In this document: piece after piece, positions 10,543-26,043 of the stretch
How the letters are laid out: every line of letters begins with the position of its first letter
Numbering within the stretch: position 1 is the stretch's first letter
Assembly: GCF_006345805.1 (NCBI RefSeq)
Contig: NC_043003.1
Span: forward strand, 33,356,001-33,420,000
DNA length: 64,000 bases
Direction: 5' to 3'
DNA from: Octopus sinensis
Taxonomy: Eukaryota
Program-made: the position numbers and the translations under genes
The notes under the pieces: generated by a model
What the model was told of the DNA's origin: nothing
Seen by the model: the letters and a program-made list of their open reading frames with translations, nothing else
Databases searched by the model: none

Positions 10543-10575
<33 letters not shown>

Positions 10576-11746
10576 CATACATACACACACACATATATAT
10601 ATACATACATATACATACATATGTTTGTGTGTGTGTTTATGTGTATCTATGTGCGCGCGTACATAAATACGTATTGATTGAATCCAATATGTCTATTCAT
10701 TATATTTGGACAAAAGTGGATTCACTAAGCCAAAGTATGTATAATGTCATGTAAACAGTGTGTAGACTTTTAACGGTCACTTCATTCTAACTAACACAGA
10801 AGCGCCGTGATACTCACGGGAATAATGGAAGGAAGCATTGTCAGTATGGGCTTTTAGTCTCCAGGCAACAGAATTATTCTAACTTTCGCATGAGAATCCC
10901 TTTAAAAGAATCAAACAATGAATGCTGCGAGACAGAAGTCAGAAGTTATTGTCACCGACCAACCGCGTTAGCTTCGACTTCCGCACGTTTTTAACTCACT
11001 CTCAGCTATCCAACCTAACCAATATCCTGTTGGCCTTTCTCTAAAATCCGATACTATTTTCTGCCAACCAATCGCACTTAATAGCCATCCTGGCTTACAG
11101 AAGCACCAAACCAGCTACGATGCCGACAGAAGCTTACATTCAATGAACTGAAAGTCGTGTTGTCTTTGTAATTTTTGTTGTTGCTATTTCTTTTTCTATC
11201 TGTTCTTAATTCACATTGCCAATAAGCAGAAGGATAGTTAGACGCCATTGTTCTCAAATTCTATCCTCTTTCGTTCAGCTGGCGTCACTGAAGACATATC
11301 TGGAAGATGAGTTTCAAAGGCCTATCGTCTCAGTTTCCATTAGTAACGTTAATTTTCTTCCGTGTTCCTTCTAGAAGAAAGACGAAAATGACTTTTATGA
11401 CTAGTCTTTCAATATCTTCCTCACTGGTTCAGTCTGCAGGACATGCAGCCAATATTTTTTTTAAATTTTGTTTTTAATCTAATGTCTGAAAAATGTTAAC
11501 CGCATTTTTAATTTCTGCAATATCTTTAAAAAATAAATTTGTATCTCTTATTGAATAAAAGAAGTTGCAGCAAGAAAACACATTGGTAATGTCTGTAAAA
11601 CTCTGCAATGATTACATAACAATTTTGATAAGTAACGAATTAATGATATGGTCTATTTACGTGTTACTAATTACCATATCACTTGTTACAAATATAAGAA
11701 TAGCCTCTCTCATTTTACAGTATTAAAAGAAAGTAAAATTACATTG

Positions 11747-12160
11747 GGATCTTTTCGGTTTGAACGGCAGTTTTTAACATAATTTCTATGTAACTAAAAA
11801 AATTTAAACTTCGTATACTGGTAGAATGTGTTTATAAAACATCTTTTTCTCTTGTCTTTATTGAGAAAATTCTATAGTTTGTAAGATATTTGTTGTTCTT
11901 TTTCTGCAATTTCAACCAATCAAATACGTCTATTAAGGTGAAAACATTCTGTGCCATATGAATATGTCCCTCGTTTAAGAAACAGATTGGGTTTATTTAC
12001 ATTTGTGAAGAAAAGAAGATACCCTTCCCTCCACCCCTAACCCTAACCCTAGCCTTAAAACAGATTGAAATGCAATAGATCAATACTAGGGTCATAATTA
12101 TGAGTGACAATTTCATATGACACCGCTAGAAAAAAACTGCCGTTCAATCCGAAAAGATCC
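11747..12160 (+). mobile_element. MITE, copy 1 (414 bp, ~29-bp TIRs; opposite orientation to copies 2 and 3)
   Basis: TIR GGATCTTTTCGGTTTGAACGGCAGTTTTT at both ends; internal sequence matches 17532 and 26044. Confidence 0.92.
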
Positions 12161-13039
12161 AGACAATGTGCTGCACGTTTCCATTTTCTTTGTGATTGCT
12201 GGCCTCGCAAATACCCCATTTCGGTTTCAGGCCCAGTGCGCAGTATTTCAGGTATCTTCTACTGTTGTATGGGATCGGTTAATGTCTTCTGAATATGTAT
12301 GTATGTGTGAGTGTGTGTATGTGTGTGTGCGCATGCATTTATTTATTTATATATTATAAATATGTGTGGCGTGGGGAGGTGATTTATATATGCATTTAGT
12401 GCGTACAATATAAAACGGGCGTTTTTTTGCGTCTCTGTAACTTAAAGGTTCGTCGTAAAGAGATCAATAGAAGAAGGATAAAATTCACAATACTTACTAG
12501 GGTCAATTTGTCTGACAAATCATTCCAAGGCAGTGTCCCAGTATGTCTATAGTCCAATGACTGAAAGGAGTAAAAGAATAAGTGAAAAGAATACTTACAC
12601 TCGGCTCCCTCTGGTTAAATTAATGCTAAAATGTATATGGACGGACCCGCCAGGAAACGGGGACTCTTCTTGAAAAAAAAATGTTTCTAATTCATACATT
12701 TGTACTAGTAGAGAGAGAAAGGATGATTTTGAAAAGAAATCAAACGAGGGAGAGAGAGAGACAGAGCCAGGGAGAGAAAAGGAGATGCATAGAAACATAT
12801 AAATGAAATATATTGTTAGACGGAGGGTTTAAAAAAAGAATGACATGAATTAAGAAAAAGAATTATTGTGAGATACACATGCCCTGTTAAACTGTAAAGA
12901 ACTGTACGGAGGAGAGAATATGATGAAAGGAGTGACAGGGAAAGTGGGGGAAGAAATATAACTATGAAATAATATGATGAAAAAGAGATAAGGTTAGATA
13001 CAAAAACTGATAGATACATGGTCGATAGCTAAGTAGATA

Positions 13040-14350
<1,311 letters not shown>

Positions 14351-15077
14351 ATCTATGTTTGTACATGCTCGTCCATGTGGGTGTGTGGGTGCGGGATTAG
14401 TCGGTGGGTGTGTACATACACATACAGTTTAATACATCTTGGTATATACTGCAAAATAGCCTTGCTTCTTTTTATGTTTGTGTCCATTGTTGTATTGAAA
14501 GATTCTCTATCTTAAAAATAAAATAAATTCAGAAACGAGGTCTCTGTATATGCCTATATATGTATATATGTGTTAATGTACATGTGTGTGTGTGTGTTTG
14601 TGTGTGTCTATGTGCGTGTGCGTGCATGTGTAAGTGCTTGTATTTGTGCATGTAATAACAGAATAATTAATTTTAATACAAATTATATATATGTATTCAT
14701 ATACGTAGTTATCAAATAATTTACATTTGATTCATCTTTTGTCTATTCCAGTTACGCATTGTTACGCGGTCGCATATACTGACCAATCTAATTAAGAAAA
14801 TGGCTTGCAATTCGGCCGACACAGACTTGTGATGTGCCTTCCAGAATCGTAGCTCATTTTCCCCTCAAACAGATACAGTATACGTATATTTCTTTCTTAC
14901 TGTATATTTTGGGGTCTTTTTAGCAGCTTTTCCCGTTTATCGTATGGGCTATGGTGAGGGTTTTACGCTTTTCTTAAATTTATTGAGTAGTTTTATGGAA
15001 ATCCTAATTGGCCAACTTAGAATATACTGTAACGAAAAATTTACATGTGTGTGTTGTGTGTGTGTGTATACATACAT

Positions 15078-15180
<103 letters not shown>

Positions 15181-15418
15181 CTTATAAACAAGGGCAAAAG
15201 AAAAATTAGTTCCATGCCAGCATGCTGATAAAGACTTTAAATCGTCAATTTCCAATTTGTGTTATGTGCCTCCACCTACATAAACATGATCACAATAAAA
15301 AAACAAATATGGGACTACTGGTGTGGAAGCCTAACCGTTAAAGAATCTTTGCTGGTGAAGATTATATAAAATCTACCATTATACATACATAAATACATAC
15401 ATACATATATGAGATATA

Positions 15419-15451
<33 letters not shown>

Positions 15452-15452
<1 letters not shown>

Positions 15453-15830
15453 TAATAATAATAATAATAGGGAATAAATCCAAACTTACAGGGAAAAATT
15501 AGATTTAGGATTAAATCCAATTTTATAGTATAAATATATTATAGTATATTATATTAAATTAGAGATAAAACCACTATTAGGCAAATCAAACAGTGAAAAA
15601 CATAAGCCAATACATAAAATTAATTTAAAAATATAAATCAGCAATACCGAGGCCAAATATATTCTATATTGTAAAGACGATACAACGAAGAGCTAGAAAG
15701 GTTGGATAAGGATAAAAGTAATTTTACTGTCCCAATCTTCACAAAACGTATAGGGGAATATGAAAAATCTGCACCAAATAAATGATAAAACGACAACATA
15801 GTTATAGATTCAATCGCACGTGCCCCCCCC
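15452..15830 (-). repeat. Interspersed repeat end adjoining (AT)n/(AAT)n (possible retroelement 3' end)
   Basis: Unique sequence beginning abruptly after the (AAT)n tract; family not identified. Confidence 0.35.
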
Positions 15831-16124
15831 CCACGCACGCATATATATGTAGGTGTGTAGAGATAGACATATATGTACACTAGCACACATGCACACCCAC
15901 ACGCGCATATATATATACACAAAATTTGCCTATAATGGCAAATTTGTTGTTGAAAATTGCCTACATTTTTTCCTGCGTGGAAATACACCCCACTTTTGTT
16001 TTATATGTATATATATATCTCCTTCGCTCTTTCTCTTTCCCCCTTTCTCTCTCTCCCCTCTCTCTCTCTATATATATATATATATATGTATGTATATTGA
16101 TAGAAATAATATATAATTATATGC

Positions 16125-16201
<77 letters not shown>

Positions 16202-16261
16202 ATATATATATATATATACGTATGTACATACCTACATATATATGTATATATACGTGCACAT

Positions 16262-16720
16262 ATGGGTACAGGACATCAAAAAAACGTGAACAAAAAGAGA
16301 AACGAGACAGACAGCATAAAGAACATTTCCTTCATCAGTTGTCCCCTGTTTTATCTACTATGCTCTTTGAAAACAGCGAGGCTGAACAGAAAGGACACGA
16401 AGCAGGAGCGAAAAGCTGCATCAAATGTTGTATTTTCAAACTTAAAAGAATGGAGAAGGGATTTAACGTTTCATTTGCTAGTCATCCTTTATCAGAAGAA
16501 AATTATAGAAGAAAAATAAAGAAGTGTGTGACAAAAAATAGCCGGAAGAAACGAACGGGCGAAGATGTTTGGAGTGAGATGGGAATACAAATGTATAGGG
16601 TGGAAAGGAAGGACGAGTGGTGTTTGTCCGCGCCTATAGGACTGTATCTGTAGAGACAAAAATTACACGGCGTGGGGGTTCTATATGTAGAGGTGGGAAA
16701 ATATGTGCGTAGTGTAGGTG
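16262..16720 (-). repeat. Penelope-like terminal-type fragment next to (AT)n; related fragment at 56692-57000
   Basis: Both start (C)ATGGGTACAG after (AT)n and share CTTCATC(A/G)GTTGTC...TATCTACT; a degenerate hammerhead-like motif lies at 16461-16500. Confidence 0.45.
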
Positions 16721-17260
16721 GTCACTGATTCGCTTTGTGCTTTGTATACCTGGTTCCGAAACGTGTGTGCATCACTGACACCTTTTTGCTGCCCTCTTGT
16801 CTATCCACGTGCTCTGTAAAATTTCGTTTCGTTTCTCCTTGCAACACTAAATTAGTTTTCTTTTCGCACTACTGTTATTCTTTTTTTTCTTGCTTCGCCT
16901 CTCTCTTCTCAAAAGCATCTCAAAAATATACCGTTTTCCTCACCCTACACATTTTACTTGCTTTATATCTAACCGCACACTTGCATCACTAAGAGCCTCA
17001 TCATTTTTTACTCTTTCCTCAAACACAATGCGATTACACATGTAAGTCAAGTACCCACACACCCATGCTACTATACTCTTAAACTTGCTTACCTCTACAC
17101 ACTTATGCCTCCCCTCCCCCCCCCCAATCTCACATATGCTCATCTCTCATTAAACTCCTCTCCGTACTCAGATGAGCTCCTGTACGCACATCTCTAACTT
17201 CCCTCTATTAATTTTCCCTCCGTCGCAAGTTTACACGATTGGAATAGAACAGATTAGTAG

Positions 17261-18226
17261 AAATGTGTGCTTCAGAACACAGCACACCGCCAAACTGGGA
17301 ATCGAAATTATAGTCTTTTGATCGGGAAGTCATTATCCTTAACCACAAGACCAGGTGCCTTCACATACATGTACATATATATTGTTACCTATGAACTTCA
17401 AGACATACCATCACGACAATTCTGTTTCTCCCCACGCCTTAACTTTCCCTCCGTCGAATGTTTACACATTTACAGCTGAGTGAAATAGAAATGTTTGGTC
17501 AATTACACTATGCTCCGTCGGTACGAGAATCGGATCTTTTCGATTTGAACGGCAGTTTTTTCTAGCGGTGTCATATGAAATTGTCACCCATAATTATGAC
17601 CCTAGTATCCATCTATTGCCTTTCAATCTGTTTTAGGGTTAGGGTTAGGGGTGGGGGAAGGGTATCTTTTTTTCTTCACAAATGTAAATAAACCCAATCT
17701 TTTTCTTAAACGAGCGACGTATTCATAGGGCACAGAATGTTTTTTTAACTCAATGGACGTCAATTATTGGTTGAAATTGCAGAAATTGAAGAAAAAAAAC
17801 AAATATCTTACAAACTATAGAATTTTCTCAATAAAGCCAAGAGAAAAAGATGTTTTATAAACACATTCTACTAGTATACGAAGTTTAAATTTTTAGTTAC
17901 TTAGAAATTATGTTAAAAACTGCCGTTCAAACCGAAAAGATCCCAACATGAAATGAAATGTGTGCTTCAGAACACAACACTCCGCCAGTCTGGGAATCGA
18001 AATCATAGTCTTTCGATCGGAAAGTCATTATCCTTAACCACAAGACCAGGTGCCTTCACATACATGCAAATATATATTGTTACCTATGAACTTCAAGACA
18101 TACCGTCACGACAATTCTGTTTCTCCCCACGCCTTAACTTTCCCTCCGTCGAATGTTTACACATTTACAGCTGAGAGAAATCGAAATGTTTGGTCAATTA
18201 CACTATACTCCGTCGGTCCGAGTATC
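17261..18226 (+). repeat. 271-bp direct duplication (17261-17531 / 17956-18226) flanking MITE copy 2
   Basis: AAATGTGTGCTTCAGAACAC...CTCCGTCGGT(A/C)CGAG(A/T)ATC is present on both sides; includes minus-strand SINE-head sequence. Confidence 0.92.
17532..17943 (-). mobile_element. MITE, copy 2 (412 bp)
   Basis: Same TIRs and interior as 11747 and 26044; contains TTAGGGTTAGGGTTAGGG. Confidence 0.92.
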
Positions 18227-18904
18227 GAAACCACTATCTTTCGATCGTGAGTTCAGCACACTTGACCATTAAACCACGTATCTTCAAACGCATACACATA
18301 TGTAGTTGTGCATGTAGACGTCAACGCGTATCACCACAACAATTCTGTCTCTTTTTTATGTGATCCGATTTTTGTATATTGTCCATTATGACCTTCCTAT
18401 GTTTAATACCGCAGTTTTTATGTGGTAGATATTAGTTACCATAGTTAATGAGTCGAGTTTCTCTGTAAGAGACTGTGTAAGTAAAATATGTAGATTTTTC
18501 ACACACACACACAAACACACACAATCTTAGCATTCGCCAGCAAATATAAATATCAACGCGCATATATTTTCCCCCACCTTCTACTTTCCGTTTTCCATGT
18601 TGATATGTTTGTGCAGGTGTCTCTGATGCCTGTCTATGTGCATGTGTGTATGTGTATGTGTGTGTGTGTATGTGTGAGTGTGTGTGATAATGAAACTACC
18701 CACCTACCATTGTGTATGCTCATATAAACATTCGCTGACACGAATACAATGTCAAGCGTATGTAATTAACAAAAAGTAGTCGTAAATTACAGTGTTCCTA
18801 CTATTATTAATTTGAATGAAAGAACATTTCATACTCACACACACATATGCCCATTCGTGTGAGGGCGTGTATATACGTGTGTACATGAAGTAAATATGTA
18901 TGTG

Positions 18905-18967
<63 letters not shown>

Positions 18968-19019
18968 TATATTAATATATATATATAATTTACAAGATAA
19001 GGGCAGAAGAAAAATTCTA

Positions 19020-19057
<38 letters not shown>

Positions 19058-19094
19058 AATACATACATATATATATATATAATATATATATATA

Positions 19095-19137
<43 letters not shown>

Positions 19138-19304
19138 TATATACATGTATTATACATGTATATGCATTCATACATAAATATCTATATCTATCAATCTATC
19201 TAGAAATAGATAGATTGATTGAGAAATAGATGCGTGTATATGCATATACATTGACAAATACACATTCGCCCATATAGCTACATTTATCTACCTCTCTACC
19301 CCAC

Positions 19305-19650
<346 letters not shown>

Positions 19651-21388
19651 CTATATATGTGCATTTATGTGTACATGAATAATTACAATAATAATTATCT
19701 TTCTCAATTAATTTATGACTTTATTTCATATTTGTTTTTCAATTTTCTGAATCTTAAAAATTTTTTCTTCCCTGATCTAATTTATCTTCTATAAAATTAC
19801 ATTACTGTTCCATTTTGGTTACAACTATTGAGCATGGGAAATATGTCAAAATACTCACATGATTGCTTATTTATATTTGTCAAGCTACGTCATTAGAATT
19901 CATTGTTCTGCATGCTCCCCCTCCCCACTCAGTCAAGTTTTTGTTTTTTTACTACACCGGCCACTCTTCTTTCAATTAAATTCTACAGATGTTTTTAGTA
20001 ATTGTAATATCTGGTCTTAACAGCAAATTTATGAGCGCTGATGAAGTCTACTAACGGCAATGGATGTAAAGAGTGGTCATAGTATTACCAAATATCAAAA
20101 TGGCTTACCACTGTGTTGTGATGAGTGTCACGACGCCCCCTTGTGAGAAATAGACTGGACCGAGCGATTGTAAATAGTAGCGGTCGGAGTGAAGTTTGTG
20201 TGTAAGTTTTCTGTCTTTGGAACGGGTGCCATTATTCTTGAAGAAAATTTTCAGCATTCTGTATTTTATACAGAACCTGTGTGCCTATAGAAAACAAAGT
20301 TTATTTTATCATATTTGTCGAATATCTTAGCTTTGAGCCGTTAATAATTTCCCATCATTGAACAAATGCATTATTTTAATCACTGGATCACTGGATTTCA
20401 ATAGCTTGATTAAAGAAGGAAGAGGTGAACGCTGCATTTTTCAACCCCTGCAATATCGAAGGGAATTAGACTCATTTCGGAGTCCTAGTTCTAGTGTTCG
20501 AAAGAAAACGGACTCTAATATAGATGCTGTTGATAAATCGGATGACGGATTATGTCTAATATCCACAAACGGAAACGTGTTATCCGTCCAAATTTTACCC
20601 CTTAAAGCTTTGGTTAAATGCAGTCTACGTTAGGAGATATTTGTCCCCTATACTACATAATTGCATTGTATCTCAAACTGAACTTTTGAGCGGTTACATT
20701 AACCAAAAGAAAGTGTTCCAGTATTTGCTTCCATACGCTTACAACAACCAGTCTCATGAAGCAACTGTGTTATAAATATTCCGCACCGCTAATGCTGTCA
20801 CAGTTTACCAAATAAGTAAAAAAAAATTATACATTGCGTCATCATTCCAAGGCTGCAAGTTCATACTTATAAAGAATGAGAACATGATTTTATGATGTTC
20901 ATACACTTTTTAATTATATAAACAATATAAGAAGAGTACATATATTTCAATAATTATACATCCAGATGAATATATCATCGTTATTCATTTCTTTGCATGT
21001 ACAACTACCGATTCACATTTACGTACATGAATTCATATATTTATACATCACCACTCACTCCACTATACTTTTATCAATCCCCAGCCTGCATGCACATAAG
21101 TTCCACCTATCCTTCTTTATCCTCCTTTCCTACACAGCCACTTAACTTGTCCGCATATAACACATCTAATTCATATAATCACAACCCCACCGACCAAAGA
21201 ACGTCTTTTCAAAAAGTATATAAGACTAAAAAGAACCAAAGTAAAGCACAGTGTTATGACGGCGAGGAAGCTGAAACATCCAAACCAAACCACTATTAAA
21301 CAATTTCTTTAAAAAAAATTAATAGATATCTGTTAAACATTTTTAGCAATATTGCAGCGAGTATATATAGATATATACATATATAATA

Positions 21389-21455
<67 letters not shown>

Positions 21456-21491
21456 TATATATATATATATTATATATATGATATATATATA

Positions 21492-21551
<60 letters not shown>

Positions 21552-21830
21552 ATATTATATATATATATATATACTAAGTAATTAAGGTTTACACACGATT
21601 TGGCCTCACCACACACCGAATTTAGAAATAGCAGTCAAAGAGTTATGGCTATTCTTTCTACTTAAAAAGGAGATCCCAGTAAAACCACAGCACTTAAAAG
21701 GCAAATATATATATATATATATATATCATCATCATCATCATCATCAGATCGATATAACAATAACAATAACAGAGCAACAAGAGGACGTACGCAAGGAATG
21801 TATTAGTGTGACGCTCCGTAAAAAGGGAAA

Positions 21831-21866
21831 CTTTTGACGTTTCGAACATAATTTTCGTCAGAAAAG
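21831..21866 (-). ncRNA. Minimal Penelope-type type I hammerhead motif
   Basis: Minus strand CTTTT-CTGACGA-AAATTATGTTC-GAA-ACGT-C-AAAAG: 5-bp stem I, intact core, loopless palindromic stem III, GUC triplet; stem II is weak. Confidence 0.6.
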
Positions 21867-22496
21867 AAAACAGAAAAGTGCAGAGAAGGAAAAATATCAT
21901 GTGTGGCATGGATCTGAAATATTTGATTACGGAGTTGTCAGAAAATTTGCCTTACACAAAAAAACACTTTGTAATACTGAAGGAGTGAATATACTTAAAA
22001 ATATTCACACGCCTACGTATATTTGTATAAATCCCCTCCGCAAATGCACATACTTTCTTCCTATCTTTCACTTTATCCCTTTCCTACATAAACATTTCTT
22101 TTGTCTGCCTATGCCTCATCTAATTCTCATCCACAATATTCCACCAACTAAAGGATAACTTGCCAAAAACTACATATAGCCGTGTTTAAGTAAGCATCCT
22201 TAGGACAACGTTGAGCTGATTCGGAGAGAAAAGGGGAAGCTAAACACGCGTTCACACATGATCTAATCACAATCCTCCAAAACAAGTACAGAAAATGTGA
22301 TGTATACAGGAATAGGTTAGTACGCATGTGAATATGGGTAATTAGTAGTATTACAAAGAAAAACAAATTGCACCTTTTTCGTAAGCATCGTAATTAATGT
22401 GAAACTCTTAACTTCATTAAATTATCTCCCCTTCATATCTGAAAGAATCTTATATGAAATTAAAGGACACACACACACATACACACACACACACAC

Positions 22497-22529
<33 letters not shown>

Positions 22530-22913
22530 TGTATGTATGTATGTATGTATATATATATATGTATGTATATGCAGGGGTATGTGACTGCGCGTGTATTCTG
22601 TACAGTTAATTTCATTCATGATCAAGTAGGTCTGCATTCAAATGATAGGCGACGCGTAGCGTCTCATATAATGAATCGCTTGCTTTTTCGGCAGCAGTGA
22701 GCGCGCACGCGTCTATATATATATATATATATATATATGAAAGTATCTATGTGCCTGTGTGTGTGTATGTGTGTGTATGTATGTGCATGTATTCAAAAGT
22801 ACATTTGTATATAAAAATATATATATATATACATATACGTGCATACATACATCCATACATGCATTCATATACACATATATGTACATATATGTATATATAT
22901 ATATATATATTTC

Positions 22914-23033
<120 letters not shown>

Positions 23034-23612
23034 GATTATATGTATGTATGTATGTATGTATGAAAGAGACAGCTAATGAATGAGGTGCTACAAATATCAT
23101 TTGTATTAGATATACAAACACGTACACAAGAACCCATGTATATCGTTTTCTCATTTGTTATATCATTTGTAAAGCCATTTTTTCATTGACATTACACAAT
23201 CATTCTAATTAATTTTAGAACACTAAGAATTCTTAATTAACGATAGCAATCTTGATTTTGTCTTTTTCAAGGAACATCACAACAGTTGGAGTTTCTTTCT
23301 TGAGAACGTGAGTGAATTCTTTGAAGCTTATTCAGCATTTTGCATTGTCTTCGATAGTGTTCTCTGTGTGTGTGCATGTGTGCATGCATGCATGCATGCG
23401 TATGTGCATGTGCATAGATGGGTCGGGGTACTATTTGTAGACCCGCTGCAGTCTCTTTTCCACCCACATAACTCCCATGTATTCAATCAATATTTGTTTA
23501 TTATGGCAATATTTATAGTTACTATGATTCATAAAATTGTTTTATTTCCTGACTTTGGTAGTTGTTTCGTTATTGTTGCTGATGTTGTCATTGATGTTAT
23601 TATTGCTGTTGC

Positions 23613-23632
23613 TACTACTACTACTACTACTA

Positions 23633-23670
<38 letters not shown>

Positions 23671-23730
23671 TTGCTATTATAAATATCATCGTCATCATCT
23701 TCGGCATCATCATTATTATTATTATTATTA
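23613..23730. repeat. (CTA)n/(CAT)n/(ATT)n triplet repeats
   Basis: Direct inspection; other triplet tracts at ~30070-30250, 41280-42060, 42650-42800, 48350-48450 and 50760-50910. Confidence 0.95.
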
Positions 23731-23989
23731 TTGAGCATGGGTTCTTTCAGCTTTTCTTTCTGTCAAATGAAGCTATTTCATGGTTTACAAATACTCCTGA
23801 ATATAACTTTAGCTATTTTTTTTTCTACGTTTTATCTTCAAATTTTTAATAAACATGCCATTTGATTACATTGCGTCTTTCTCATGCAGCAGTTTACACA
23901 GACGTACAACAACAAACACATAGACATATACATGAACATATGTACGCATATATGTATAGTTCAATATATAAATACATACAAACATATGC

Positions 23990-24031
<42 letters not shown>

Positions 24032-24762
24032 ATATATATATACATGCATATATGTATATATGCGTGTCTATGTATACACACGTAAAATGTATTTGTAAGT
24101 GTAGAAGTGTTATATATATATATATCTATATATATATATATATATGTACACACACATATATTTATGTATACGTGTATGTATGTATATACATATATTCTGT
24201 GTGAGTATATATATATATACGTATATATATGTGTGTGTGTGTATGTGAACACATGCGCGTATCACTATATTTGTCTGTATATGTACACATGTTAATATTT
24301 ATTCCCTGCGCATGTATATGCGCATATATATGCATGATATTTTTGACATAACAGTAAATATTATATGATAGCATTAAAGAATATTTCCTGCTTTTATGTA
24401 TATATTTCTTGCCTCGTTCTGGATATTCTTTAGCGGGCAGCATCAATTTTTCTTAGCAACTGAAGATACCATCCGTATGCCATTTATTTTTATTCTTTCA
24501 TCTAAATTTTAACAGCTATGTTTTTCTCTGTCTCAATTTTTTTTTCCTTTGGTAAGAAGAAAAAAAATCGAAACATCTTTAATATTTATTCCAAACGGAA
24601 CCCTTTACATAAGTAAGATTTCTTCTATGATTTATTGTTTTGTTGTCTTAAGAATCAAAGCAAAATCTATGCGAAATCATAAAAGAAAGAATAGGGGCCA
24701 CTACCAAGTATATATGTGTGTGTATCACTATCTCTCTCTCTCTCTCTCTCACTGTATGTATA

Positions 24763-24801
<39 letters not shown>

Positions 24802-24905
24802 TCGTATATGTATATATATATATACATATACACACACATGCATAAATATATATTATATATATATATATATACATATATATATAGATAGATAGATATATGT
24901 ATATA

Positions 24906-24948
<43 letters not shown>

Positions 24949-25222
24949 GTATACACACACATATATATGTTTGTATATATGTATGCATGTATGCATGTAT
25001 GCATGTATGCATGTATGTATGTATGTATGTATATATGCATGCATGTATGTATGTATGCATGTATGTGTAGGAGCCTTGTGTAATCGGATCAGTATGATAC
25101 ATCTTTTGAAATAAATATAGTTTTTTTCTATTATTCACGTGACATGTCATTTTCCTTTTCGTACAGATTTCCATCATGTACAATACTTTAATATTCTTTT
25201 CCCTATTTGGGGTAGCTCTCAC

Positions 25223-25278
<56 letters not shown>

Positions 25279-25301
25279 ATATATGTATATATATAATATA
25301 T

Positions 25302-25354
<53 letters not shown>

Positions 25355-25355
25355 G

Positions 25356-25391
<36 letters not shown>

Positions 25392-25395
25392 TTAT

Positions 25396-25441
<46 letters not shown>

Positions 25442-25463
25442 ATATATAAACATGTATACATAT

Positions 25464-25549
<86 letters not shown>

Positions 25550-26043
25550 TATATATAGTCATTTCCTAGATACAGTTACTGGAAGATCTTAAAAATAGCA
25601 TGGCTTCGTTGTCGGGGTAAGTATTTTTCTGATGGATGACACAAAACTTTTTGACTCGATTCCACGAAGTGCATACATAATTGAAAGTAATATTATGCTA
25701 TAGATATGTTACTTCTTAAAGATTTGCATTTACTAGTGATTGCTTCAAGCGTGACGAATGCTCGTCAATTATGTAATGTTTGTTCTATATACAATCACAA
25801 TATATACGTCATTTCGGTACCTAGTTTCACTTGTGCGTGCTGAATGTACCTTCGTGAGTGGAGTGAAGTATCCTTCACAGTGCGATATTTTATTGAGAAA
25901 GATTGAAAGAAATAGAGATAGAGAGGGAGATAAAGAGAGGGCGACGAAGATGAAAGAAAGCATAACAAGCTGAGTAGGTAATTTCCACAGAAGTTACGAT
26001 ACACTATTTCATGTTTTGTTCTTTAAACAGAATAAATGAATTT

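Larger units (their letters stand above)
9210..10544 (+). mobile_element. ~485-bp x 2.8 tandem array with one hammerhead ribozyme per unit (retrozyme-like)
   Basis: Units start TTCCGTAATGGAATC at 9210, 9692 and 10176; the third is truncated at 10544 into (AT)n. Units are nearly identical, mostly 1-2-bp indels, and contain no ORF of 60 aa or more. Confidence 0.85.

Noticed and set aside
9210-10544. CRISPR array or rDNA spacer interpretation of the tandem repeat
   Set aside because: No repeat-spacer alternation, no cas genes and no rRNA sequence; the whole unit repeats.
16330-16375. Minus-strand GTAGATAAAAC...CTGATGA (also ~56808-56850), resembling the array's GTAGATGAAAC
   Set aside because: The order and spacing leave no room for stem III, NUH and stem I; similarity to the array is only ~10 bp and may be chance.
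16461-16500. Minus-strand CTGATAA...GAAACGTT minimal hammerhead-like motif
   Set aside because: Essential G8 is changed to A and stems I and II do not pair; at best a decayed PLE motif.
20358-20633. 91-aa non-repetitive ORF (TTG start) and near-open opposite frame
   Set aside because: No recognisable domain or convincing splice context; upstream CTGATGA at ~20036 lacks a GAAA partner.
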